From Balanoglossus misakiensis (Eukaryota; Animalia; Hemichordata), in NCBI GenBank assembly GCA_040954595.2, contig CM082591.2, forward strand, positions 5,797,009 to 5,861,008: a DNA stretch of 64,000 nucleotides, given 5' to 3'. Within the stretch, counting starts at the first letter, position 1; each line of letters begins with the position of its first letter. Below are positions 41,509 through 53,306 of this stretch, piece by piece. The position numbers and the translations under genes are program-made. The notes under the pieces were generated by a model. That model saw only the letters and a list, made by a program, of their open reading frames with translations, ran no database searches and was not told the origin of the DNA.

Positions 41509-44500
41509 CTAATTCTCAACTTTATTGTAAAGTAGCTTCAAGTTATCAGTCGCTACATTCTTCTTCACCCTCGGATCTGTGCCGTAGGCCATGTGCTTCG
41601 ACAGATTTATGGTAAACCGACTTGCAGGTGGGTTGCGGCCAACGGATTCTGCCAAGGCGCGTGTGTAGCTCGGTCGGTTGCCGCAGCAGATGCCCAGATA
41701 ATGTATGCCCAACTCCTTGCATTCCTTCCCGAACTGTTTGATATCTTCTCGGGAACACGACTTTATGTCCATGTCGTCAGAAAGTATTTTCTTTCCTATC
41801 AAGATATGAACATTAGCCTGCAAGTTGTAGGTGGGTTCGACCGTACCTGGTAGCAAACAAGCGCTGACAATCTTTGCTTCCATGTGTGTAGTGAGAACTA
41901 GTGGTATGCATGCGTGTGTGTATCAATCTAATTGTCAATTTGCAGTTGCCTGTGGTCTATGGAAAAGATAACAAATACATAAAGGCAGACATTCTTTGAC
42001 AATCACAGTCTCATTTTAGGTGGAATACACCCGGGTAAGTGATTACATTTCTAGTGAGACGCCATGACTGTTATTAAACCACACAAGGTACACACCACAT
42101 ATTTAGTTAACAGATAATTCTAAAAAAGTCAAACTGAAAAAATATCTTCACCCACCTGTGAGTGGATCAGTGAGAAGAAACAGAGTAGGTTCCTCCTCTG
42201 TTGTCCTCAGCGGCAACGGTAAAGCTGCAAAAGGGCCCTATACATGCCAAAATATAAATGATAGATAAATAGATAGATAGATAGATCTCTACAACGCTGT
42301 TTCGTGAGTCAGTAGACTCACTCATCAGGAGACTAAACTGGCGAAAATGAAAGGGGAAGGCGCGTTTTTTTATGCAGGTACACAGGTGGTGGAATGTAAG
42401 TTGGGGTGGGCCGTTTTGCATAACAATGTGTATAGCTGGTGTGTGGGGAGTTTCTAGATTTAATTGTTGCGTAACAACGCTTTGTGTCTGTGACACAGAG
42501 GCTGACAGGCAGACGCACATACGCACACATACACACAGAGAGAAAATTGAGAACTGAGCAAACAAGTCTCACCTCGCAAACTTTCCTAATTTCTCTCATC
42601 AATGGCATCAGAGTAGAAGGGCCACGACCACAGTTCAAACCAACGACGTCTGCCCCAGCTTCTTTAAGTTTCCTGCAAGCTTCTGTTATCAGAATGCCAT
42701 CACACGTCACAACTTCTCCGCCTTTTGTTGTTGCGCAATACGGTGCGAGCATGATAACCGTGGCAACACCTTTGCACATGTATAAACGAAAGTAAATAAT
42801 AACACTGTAGGTCATTTTAAGACTGAGTAGTACAGTGCATCATTACAGTAACTGATCATGAAGTTTTTTTTCTGCAAACACATGTACACACCTTTTCCGT
42901 ATTCTTTGATCGCTTCCAAGGCCAACATGGCTTCACCGAAGTACCAGAACGTCTCGCCGATGATAAAATCAACGTTGTAGTCCAATGACCATTCGATCAT
43001 CTCCTGAAATTCAATGATTTTAAATTTCTCCATAGAGTAACCATATAACCTGGTTTGGCAGCCATTTTGAATTTAAAATTTGAGAGAATATGAAAATAAA
43101 GTTTAAGATTTTGGTTTCCAAGGCACGTACAACCCTAATCTCAAGCGCTAATGTTCCTGAATAACCCTCTACAGACAAGGCAATTGCCTTTTAAATTTTA
43201 CCTTAAACATGGCTTTGATTTCAGGATCTCTCTCAGGACTATCAGGGTGGTATATGTTAGTGTTGCAGATATTTCCCGCCAACAGAGTACCGGTGTCGTC
43301 AGCTACCTCACGGGCCAACTGAAGAGCCGTTCTGTTTATTAACTCCACTTTGTCTTCAATGTCGTATAGGCGTAAATGCTCCCGATGGGCGTAATACTAA
43401 AAAATAAATGAAACTCAGTTTTTTAAACATCGCTCTTCAATCTTGACTCTCTCACATCCCCTCTCGCCGCCCACGCAGACTTATTGAGGACGCGTCAGTG
43501 AAGAGCCTTGTTGTAGCGAACCGTGGGCTGTGGGAGAGTCTATCTTCAATCCTGCGTATCATCCAAATGTTTCCGTGTTCTATGGCAGGATTTAATACAA
43601 AGTGTTCACCTTCTCGACATTGCCCAGGTTATTGTTTATACTGTTTAAAAATTGTATCAAGTTCGGACTTAAATGCGTCTGTCTCCGACAATGATCGTTT
43701 GCATGCACATTAAATGTTGACAAATGGAGAAGAGGAAGAAGACTATGCAGTTGGTATATACCTGCACAAAAAAGTATTGGAAAACTATAGCCAGACGTTT
43801 CAGAGGGGCCCTTTAAGTTCAATTTTCGTCTGTTGAGAAGGGCTCACACAACATGTCTAATAAATAATGCAAATGGTTACTTATACCGTAAACGCCACGA
43901 CGACGTCACTTCCGGCGTGAACATAATCCTGATATGCATTTTTTACAATATGCGGCTGTTCCAATACGACGTGTGGGCACCAACCACAGGCTTGCATATA
44001 ACCCAGTCGCTCGAAGTGGTGAAGATATCCCTCCGCTGCTATCACGCTCTCCCCATCCCGGAGTCTCTCCATTAATGCTGTTGGAGTTGAAATAACGTTA
44101 CTAACAAGAACAGTGCAGTTGATTGCTAGCAATTATTTGTCTTTTCCGTTATTTCATCGTTCAGCAAAATACACAGTAAAGCACAGTTTCTCTCGCTTTA
44201 ATTTTTGTGATTATGGACACAGTATCTTAACCCGTTCTCGAATATACAAAACCCATGTCGTCTTCGAATATAACATGCATGCATGGTTTGATTGTGCATT
44301 CAGTGTACACACAATTTATCGGTCATATATGTAAATCTTAGGACCCTTCGTGTCACGCCTCATTATTCCGGAATGTAGCACAATTTTAAACCGAATAACA
44401 AACATCTGTCTGCGTATTTTCTTCATACAACATCGCGTAACTTTAACGTGAAAATTCGTCAAATTACACTGCTGATCAGTGTGGGCGAGTACTTGTAGTG

Positions 44501-44626
44501 CAAAACGTAAGAGTTTCAAAAACATGACCACAGATGTACAGTTGACTCGGACATTTTGGTCCAGACACATGGCTGTACCAGTACATGGAATAGAACGTTC
44601 CACTCACGTTTGATCTTGCTTGACAT
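41509..44626 (-). CDS. BHMT: Homocysteine S-methyltransferase (BHMT-like) paralogue C, 360 aa, 7 exons
   Basis: Exons 44626-44608, 44077-43887, 43396-43202, 43003-42892, 42769-42573, 42237-42156 and 41795-41509. Exon sizes are identical to A and B and the frame is open. Motifs AEGY, GETF, GLNC and GICCG. Confidence 0.9.
43445..43542. mobile_element. Short inverted-repeat element, copy 2 (of 9004-9165)
   Basis: gactctctcaca ... tgtgggagagtcta. Confidence 0.6.
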
Positions 44627-45810
44627 CGTTGTCCTGGACGGGCTTCGGAAGGTCACAGTGACACAGATATACGTGGCAGTCAACAGGTATTGTCCCTTTT
44701 GCATAAATACGAGACATAAGTACAGTAAAAGAAAAAAAACAGTCACGGTACGCATGAGCAAACACTATTGAATCAAGCGACAGACGGCAAGGTCGTACGA
44801 TATCTTGCCTTGAATAGTCATATCATCTATCGCCAAGACTATGCATGTGTATGGAAATATTTTCAAAGTCTGAAACCTACAGTATAATAGGTTTATTTCA
44901 TTTTTCACAAAAATACATTGTATGATACCTGTCACGCGTTAAAGTCACCCCTGTTCCGCTTATCTATAAATCAACATTTTAACAGTTTGAATATGTTACA
45001 AGTAGTATTGTTGAGAGGATTTTATCGGGCGTACGTTGGGTGATCGACTTCGCACCGTTCATCGCAAAATTTGCTCTCCGACTCAACTTTGCTATTTAAA
45101 AAGTGGTGTTGTCCACAAGTTTGCGATATGAACTCAATTATGCCAAAATTGTCAACAAAATAAACCTACGTACATGTGTGTTTGTTTACTAAAGCATTTT
45201 ACACGCTTCATAGGGTGCTGAGTAAACAAACATAACTTACTTTCTGTGGGACTCTTTCACACAAATGAACATAAAAACAATAACCTTATTCTCAGTGAAA
45301 CAATTGTCCAAAGCCACCCATGAAAGGCAATCGTTATATTCACCCAACCGAATCTCAATAATTAATGTTTTTAAAACAAAAACGCGTCTGCGTCAAATGA
45401 TGTGATAGGTTTGCTCAAACATCGTGTAAATTTTGAATACCTATTAACATAAATGTACATTTCTACAAGTAACCCATTGCAACGACAACGGCTCATCAGA
45501 GCTGGTCACGTGGCTGGATTAATTAATTGAAGAAAATCGACCAGATTTACATATTAACAATCCTTTGATCTAATCTCAAAGAAAGGAATTCTACATACCG
45601 TAGCCGTATCTTGAATCAAAACGTGACTGTCAAGCCACTTAGTTTCAGCTTATGGATCAAAGGTCCAAACCCTTACCTGAAATGTCCAGGGGGAATTAAC
45701 TGACCTGACGTCAAAGGTCAGGACGAACCAAATGAACCAAAGAGGGCGCAACACTACAAACTTCAGTTATGCTTTGACCTCAAAGCTCCTAGCTGGCTGG
45801 CTGCTCATAT

Positions 45811-46044
45811 ATCTTGATATATGCAGACTGTATACGGATCTTGATATATGCAGACTGTATACGGATCTTGATATATGCAGACTGTATACGGATCTTGATA
45901 TATGCAGACTGTATACGGATCTTGATATATGCAGACTGTATACGGATCTTGATATATGCAGACTGTATACGGATCTTGATATATGCAGACTGTATACGGA
46001 TCTTGATATATGCAGACTGTATACGGATCTTGATATATGCAGAC
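45811..46044. repeat. 27-bp minisatellite, ~8.7 identical copies
   Basis: Unit atcttgatatatgcagactgtatacgg. Confidence 0.97.
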
Positions 46045-47250
46045 GGAATACCCATAGGAATGGCATAGCCTTTAATAACTTCTGAGAAAACTCTGATATT
46101 GTTTTCTTACAATATTCACATGATGTGCCGAAAGAATAGCCTTATTCAATAATACAAATTTAGAAATCACTCTGCTTCTACCATAGACAAAAGCATAGCA
46201 CGGGAATTAAGCGCTGACTCATGTTTAGACCACCATACTGAAAACGAAATTAGGATGGTCCCACCCGTTCAGCCGTATATCAGATCTCAGAAATTGGTAG
46301 TCCAAATATCTCTCTCCGTTATCTCGGAAGAACGAATGAATGACGAATCACACTGTCAAATATACGTGTTTGTCAAAGTGAATCAATCCTGAAATCATGA
46401 AAACATTTTTGGATAGTAAGTCTACCAAGTTGAAACTATTTTATTGACTGAATCATATGCAGTACGGTACAAATAACATGGTAAAATAAACGTGTTTGTC
46501 AAAGTGAATCAGTGCCTATCTTAAATCCTGAAATCATTTTTGGTAATATCGTAGATATTCATTTCTCATGCATGTTACTTCTCCTACACCTGAAAAACTG
46601 AAGTAAAAGACGATCTATAGAAAAATCCAAAATGTTGTCTCTAATTACTAGCTAAACCACTACCTGCCGTGTTCACGGATCAAATCCCCAGTAACGTTTT
46701 GTTATTTTTCAGTAGTTTCTTTCATGCATCAACTCTGGTTTCTTGTTCTACTCTGGATAGCCATGATGAAATGGTAAACCTTCTCTACAAAATTGCGAAG
46801 TAAAATAAAACAAAAAACTCAACAACAACAAATTTTATAGTTAAAGAACTCCATAGTAATAGCTTCGCTGTCTAAGACAGCTTGCACCTGCCTTTCGTTT
46901 CAATAAAATTCCAAACGATGTAATCATCTAGTGTCCCTGCATTGATTTGTGAAATACAACTCAGTTTAATCAGACATTAATACACGTGATTAACATTCTG
47001 ATTGCTTTGAAAACTGACAGGCCTTTTATATGGGTCTGTCTGTCCCCACGAATCGTTGTGTTGTGAATTATTTTCCCGCCCTTTCTCGCTAAGACTTAAA
47101 AAATTTGGAGTAACGTGCTGCAGACAAAACAAAAACTTCAGGTGGAAAAAAATAGTCTTACAGAAAATCACGTCGAGTAAACTTTCTGATGATACAATAA
47201 TCTAACTTAAAGAAGGATGGTGATGTTTCGATTGAAACGAAACGCACAAG

Positions 47251-47473
47251 CAGTTTCTAATCTAGACGGGGGGCGGGGAGATTCATCCCCTGTTGACATG
47301 TTGGCACCCCCCCCCCTAGCAATTTGTCAAGGACACATGTGGGAGGTGTTACAGTCCCCCTTTCCAGAGTGGAATCACCCCCCCCCCAACATTCTGGCAA
47401 AGGGGGACAAACCCCCCCCCACCCCCCTCACCCCCCCACCCCCCCCGTTGACGCCATCCTGAATGAAACACTG
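47251..47473. mobile_element. MITE, inverted copy 2 of 1509-1730
   Basis: Shares cccctgttgacat.ttggcacccc, ccagagtggaatc and ttctggcaaagggggaca. It ends 7 bp after the receptor stop codon. Confidence 0.65.
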
Positions 47474-47480
47474 ACTAGGA

Positions 47481-49540
47481 TTACACATTTGAGTTTGCGG
47501 GGCGTTCGTCGCTTTTTTCCGCTTGCTCGTAGACGACATTATCAACGAATCCCTTGTCGCTGCTCTGTTGTTCTCCCCCGTCTTTGTTTCCCGGTTCTTC
47601 GGTGACGTCACCTTCCTTCTCGTCTGCGGTTGCCTGATTGGCTGGAGCGGACCCTGCAGCTGCGTGGTCGCCAGGGTCTCTGGTTTTCTCCGGCTCCTTG
47701 CTGCCATCTTTGTCGGCAGATTCTGTGGTTTTCCCGCCATCTGCAGCGCCCTCCCCTTCGTCTTTGTCAGCTGACGGTACGTTGACGTAAACCGAAGCTG
47801 GCTTGGCGTCCTTGTCGCTTTCTTTTTTATCAGCAGATTCTCCGGCTTGTTGACCGGGTTGATCAGCGACAGCAGCACCGCCCTCATCGGCAGCTTCCTC
47901 GTCACGTGGTGGCTCGTCTTGTTTGACACTTGTGTAGCGAACTACATCATGTCTGGCACCCGAGCCGCCGCCCTTTTCCTCTGTCTTTTCTGTCGAACTA
48001 ACCACACAATGTGATTGGAATGAATAAAATGGCGAACTTTGAACTTTGAACTACAACAATAAACCAGAAGCACAACTGTAGAGGGCAAATATTATATTTG
48101 GCAAAACATTAATACTAAACCAACTTGCACTTTGCCTTACTTGTTACGAACTTTCCCGTCAAAAATAACCACCATTTCACTTTCTCCCCAATGTTACTGT
48201 CTGGTGGTTATTTTTGGCGGGAAAGTTCGTAACAAGAAAGGCAAAGTGCAAGTTGGTTTTGCTGGACTACAAAATCAAGAATTTGTTTTACCTTCTTCGT
48301 TTTCTAAGGATAAGTATGACCAGAATGATAACCAATACGACGCATACCAATATTGCAATAACGACGATACCCGCAATCAAAGCTGTTGAGAACATAAACA
48401 AATTAAAGTCACACGCATAATCCTGAAACATTTATCGAAAATTTTATGAAACTTCTGGCTCAGTGTTTTATCATATGTTTCAACCATTTCATGTGTGTTA
48501 TATTCTCTTGTCTTTTTAACTAGGATATTTTAAATGTATGGTTACATACATGTTGATATTTTGTCTGTTAAAATATTGTATTTGAAGATTGCGTACCTGT
48601 ATTATCAGGAGCAGGTTCCACAATGACTTCCACCTCTGAAAAACAAACATTACTTGAATGTTGAGCCACTCTTCAAATACAATCAGCACACGGGTCTCGG
48701 TAACCTTTGCGGTTGTCCGTGAGCAATGAGAACAAATATGCACACACATGTACACGTACATGCACGGTTGGCCAATGCCAATGCTGGATTTTAGTCCCAA
48801 TTTCCTCAAAAATGTGTATATCTATAAATTCATCCAGCCTAATCGTTCATCATTCATTTTCATGCAACCTGAACGATTGATCATTGTGTGACTGAAAAAT
48901 GGTTCCAAATAATATCATCGAGGATATTTTACATTTATGGTCTCGTATCTTGTCACCTCCAATTTACATACGCCCGTATGTGTCAGAAATGGCGTATTTG
49001 AGTATGGTGGCGCTCTTTATCGCGTGTACCACCCACTGAAAATCTGTGATTGGCTAGATCTCAATTTGCCATGGTAACTGTATCTATACTGCATAGGTGA
49101 ACGTATACATTTAAATGACCAATGTTGTGCGGGAATAGACATACCGACGCATTCTGGCAGCGAATCACTCCATTGGCCATTCAGACACTCCACTGTCACA
49201 TTAGTGGAGTTAAGACGGTACCCATCATCACACACAACTGTCACAACGTCACCAGTTCGATACGGACATGTACTGTTAGTGGCTGTCTCTCCATTGGCAA
49301 CGTCGCCAGGATTATCGCATCGATAACTGTCTGTAAACAACCATAAAGGGATTTTTTTGCATTATGTTTGACACAAATATTGCTACTGGCACCACTAGCA
49401 TGTTGTTTATATTTTCTCGACCAGTTTATTGTGGTAGTATTGTGCATTTTTTTTTCGAGTATACACAGCACCACAAAATAACATCACGATTTACATAATG
49501 ATTATGACAAAAGCTGGACAAGGTCGACGACGACGAAGAC

Positions 49541-49596
<56 letters not shown>

Positions 49597-52500
49597 GGAG
49601 GAGGAGGAGGAGGAGGAGGAGGAGGAGGAGGAGGAGGAAGAAGACGGCGGCGACGACGAGAAGAAGAAGAAGAGGAGGAGAATGATGAAGATGATGATGC
49701 TATTGCCCGTTTCCCTGCCTACCTACCTGTAAAATCAAACGCAAATCTACCATCCCCACTGGCATCTGCACTCGATGAGCGCAGCTCGACCACCACTTGG
49801 TTGGTGCAAGTATGTATCACGTGTGACGGGTCAAAGGTGGCATCTAGATAATGAATGTTTCTGCCGAAATTCTCCGATACCACTATGAGATCAGCGTCGC
49901 GGAGATTGAAAATGGTGAACTCCAGACTGAGGTGGTCTCCCGGAGAGGTGATGCCCCATTGGCACTGATAATCACCCTGGTAGTAACCAGGAAACTGTGG
50001 TGAGTAAACGGTCCCATTGTCCTCCGTGTAGCTACCAACACAGGCGCCCATTTTGACTGAAATTAAACCAAAAGAGAACAATTTTAATCAATTAAAGGAA
50101 CAAAGTCTCTCTGTCGCTGCCCTTTTTCCATTAATTATGTTTGATACAAGACACCGTTCATGTTATATTACTTGTGGATATTTAGTGAATCAACATTCGA
50201 CCACATACAACTTCCATCCTGCTTGTATGATATGGGAGTAAAAACTCGCCCAAAATGAATAAATGGTAGAGACCGATTATTCATTTTCACGCGTTTTTTC
50301 ACTCTCAAGTGTTTGGTTGAACGTTGATTGACTATATATCCACATGTAGAATAACATAAACAGTGTCTTGTATCAAACATAATTAATGGAAAAGGGGCAG
50401 CGAGAGACTTTGTCCCTTTAAAGTTGTCAGTGGATTATTGCGTCACTCTTTCTTGTGTATCGCTCAAAAGTGCCTCGCTCAAGGGCACAACATCGCGGCC
50501 ATGAAGTCACCATCCTCAAATAGAAAACCCACGGCCATGTCCAGGTCAGGATCTTGAACCCACAACCCTCTGATTGGGAGCCTCCGGTACCCTCACCACT
50601 GGGCCACGATGCCTCAGAAAATGCTTTAGATAATGTGCGCCTGCGCCTCGCTCTTCATTACTTACTGATGTGCGCCTGCGCATCGCCCTTCATTACTTAC
50701 TGATGTGCGCCTGCGCATCGCCCTTCCTTACTTACCGTCGTATTTGCCGATGTGAATACTCCCCCCGCCACAGACGTGTGCCTTATCGCCTCCACAGGGA
50801 TTTGAACACAACAAGTTGCGTTTCGCTGACCAACTATCGCAACCATACGCGGCGCCATCATCTCTGCAAATGCAGTCCGTACCAGTTTGCAGCAAGCCGT
50901 ACTGATGACCCCCGTCTCGGCAAAAGTTCAGGCATTCCTGTATAGTCATGGCGGCGTTTGTTGATTCGACGGTGTCATTACAATTTATAGACTCATAGCA
51001 TCCCATGTAACCATAATCTAAACCGTGACAAAGGCAAATATTAATTACTTAATTAATTAATTGAATATGGAAAGGAAACTAATTAATTAATTAATTAATT
51101 AATTAATTAATTAATTAATTAATTAATTAATTAATAAATATCAAATGCAATTTCTTGCAGTGTTCTAATCCGGACAGCTAATTTACACCCAATGTTCCAC
51201 TTATGTAACGATCATTATTATTCCTGATAGATGAATTCTGATCCGGACCTGAATTCAAGTTTGCACAATAACAAGGCTGACTATAAACATCTGTTCTGTT
51301 GATAAGCTGAATGACACAGCGGGCAGTTCATCGTGTTTGAGGAATTTCCACTTACAATTGCATGTTGCCTTTGCTTGGATACAATTGCACGCTAGATCTA
51401 TGTCATATCGACATTCCTGTATGGATCCTTCGGACCCACTACACTCGACATTTACGACGCATGTATCTCCGGCATATTCATCAGATGTGCTGGGACTGTC
51501 AATCCACATTGCACCGGCTGAGTAACCTATAAGACAGATAATACACCATTTTCAAAAGTCTAGCGCCCTCACACAGCTTTCATGAATTTAAACTCAAAGC
51601 GAGGCTAATGGGGAAAAACTGCCATCGAGTCTGCAAGCTTTAGATAGAGAACATGAAACTATCAGAATGGCTTTCTAGTAATGATTCAAAGTTATTTTAA
51701 AAGAAAACGAGTATGCCTCCTCAAATTGTAAATATAATGAACCCCATAAATGTGAAATGCTTACCTAAGTCACGACAGAGCACATCGGCGTCGTCTGTTA
51801 TCCAATTGTCGGCACACACTGGCGTCCACCCATATTCAGAAAAATATATGTCAACTCTGCCTTCGTAGGGCGAAGGTCCTCCTTCTAGTCTGCTTAAGCC
51901 TTGTTGTAGTGAAATACGAACAAAAGAAAAGTCATAAGAATTTAATTGTTAAGGTACTGGTCTACTCGAAATTTAGAATATTGTCATTTGCCTTATTTTA
52001 TATATGTTGTATACCAAAGAATTTCATATACAAATATAACGGTGTTCCCATCCTACATTTTTTATAGGAGTCTAAATTTTTGGCGGAAATGCTGATTCAG
52101 CACTTTTTGGGACTCTTCATACATTGTAGTTTTCCTATGGCGGAAATATCTGAACACCTCTATAAAAATCGAGCATGGTGACAGAGTGTGTTTATACAGT
52201 CAAACCTGTGTTAGTGGCCACCTATATAATAGTGAACACTATGTAACAGTCCCTGTGCAACTTACATGTGCAATAATTGGCCTGTCTATAAAGACCACCT
52301 GACTATAAAGGCAAGTTTATTAAAGTCCCTTGACTGGCCACTATAGACAGAGTGTGTTTATATCATTAATAATACACCTGTTCTATGAGAATTCTACACA
52401 GGTGACATTGCCTCTAAATGCTGAGGAGCCATATCTCCCTGTCAAGGATTTAAAGATTTGAACGCCAAATAGCACACATGACCTTGACGTCTTGAAGGTA

Positions 52501-53306
52501 TCTTATCCCAACCCAAGGTAACAGTTATCGTGATACCATCTCTTGATAAAATAATTCATATTGATGCAGGCTGCTTTGTATCGAAGTGACTGCAGTGTGA
52601 CCTACCAAGGTACGTTTAGTTGGCCTTGTCTTCCATGGGACGAAGACCCAACTCTAATTAGTAGTCTCAGAAATCCCTTGTTTAAATTACTCGAATGGTC
52701 CTTTTTATTTGTGTTTGCTGACAAAAAAAAAATCAACTTCTCGTTCCTTGCACTGTTACATTTGATTATACCACCCCGTATTCAACAAGTGGATTTTCTC
52801 GACAGGAAAAAACTGCGTCTATGTTTCCGCTTATATAAGTTACACATTGTTAGAAATCAAACAATATGGCAGCCTACTAGTACTACACATGCAAACGGTT
52901 ACATATTGCAGGCTGGGATGGTCACCTTAGGTGACCCGCGTCCATTGTAAGTGTGAAATACGTTTAATAAACGCATGGGGTGTCCATGTAATTCAGCAGA
53001 TGTACAGTAACTATGTCCTTCGTCGTCTCTACAATGCTCGAACATGAAATGAGCATTTGCAAGGTCAAACAAATACATGTAGCTGAATTTAGACAGAGTC
53101 AGTCTACAGTGGTGTTTTCTCTCAGATGAACCGTGTGACAGAAAACGGACGGCATGTTGCCATTTACTCTAAACGAAAACGCGAGGGGGATTTTTTTTCA
53201 TATATTACACAAATGCTGTCAGATACTTACTTTGATCAGCAGACGATAAGCTTTTGGCGCTAAAAATGATCAGAACCGTCAACCCGCAGGCTGCCAACGA
53301 CATCAT
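47481..53306 (-). CDS. Type I membrane receptor: signal peptide-SRCR-WSC-CUB-Sushi(CCP)-TM-cytoplasmic tail (Kremen-like WSC-CUB core), 608 aa, 9 exons
   Basis: Exons: 53306-53231 (MMSLAACGLTVLIIFSAKSLSSA signal); 51899-51765 and 51526-51356 (SRCR: RLEGGPSPYEGRVDI...W..VC.D.W...DADVLCRDLGY...VECSGSEGSIQEC); 51017-50736 (WSC: YMGCY...MTIQECLNFC...QTGTDCIC...CSNPCGGD...VCGGG); 50056-49727 (CUB: GTVYSPQFPGYY...CQWGIT...GRFAFDF); 49330-49145 (Sushi: CDNPGDVANG...CDDGYRL...CLNGQWSDSLPEC); 48635-48597; 48382-48292 (TM then RKRR); 47997-47481. All GT-AG, phases consistent, 1827 nt. Confidence 0.85.
48117..48259. mobile_element. Foldback/palindromic MITE in the last receptor intron
   Basis: Near-perfect ~60-bp arms: aaaccaacttgcactttgcctt.cttgttacgaactttcccg.caaaaataaccacca and its reverse complement. 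Confidence 0.7.
49525..49699. repeat. (GAC)/(GAT)/(GAG)/(GAA) trinucleotide tract
   Basis: Direct reading; intronic. Confidence 0.93.
50096..50417. mobile_element. TTAA-flanked palindromic MITE (Kolobok-like AGG terminus)
   Basis: ttaa|aggaacaaagtctctc ... gagagactttgtccct|ttaa, with long internal inverted arms. A partial copy lies at 2222-2490. Confidence 0.75.
50469..50615 (-). mobile_element. tRNA-derived SINE head
   Basis: The minus strand has gaggcatcgTGGCCCAGTGG (A box) ... GGTTCAAGATCC (B box) ... tgttgtgcccttgagcgaggcact, a segment typical of SINE cores. Confidence 0.7.
50631..50735. repeat. 35-bp tandem triplication starting at the splice donor of the WSC exon
   Basis: On the minus strand gtaagtaa.gaag.gcga.gcgcaggcgcacat.a occurs three times, with GT at 50735, 50700 and 50665. 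Confidence 0.9.
51080..51135. repeat. (TTAA)n self-complementary microsatellite
   Basis: Direct reading. Confidence 0.95.
52197..52350. mobile_element. Copy 2 of the 4384-4545 MITE, with a truncated right TIR
   Basis: ta|cagtcaaacctgtgttagtg...aaagtcccttgactgg...ctatagacag, flanked by a 17-bp direct repeat. Confidence 0.8.

Noticed and set aside
45732-46085. ORFs with LDICRLYTD repeats
   Set aside because: These are an artefact of the 27-bp minisatellite.
49525-49699. Poly-Asp/Glu coding stretch
   Set aside because: It lies in an intron of the minus-strand receptor with no supporting splice sites, so it is a simple repeat.
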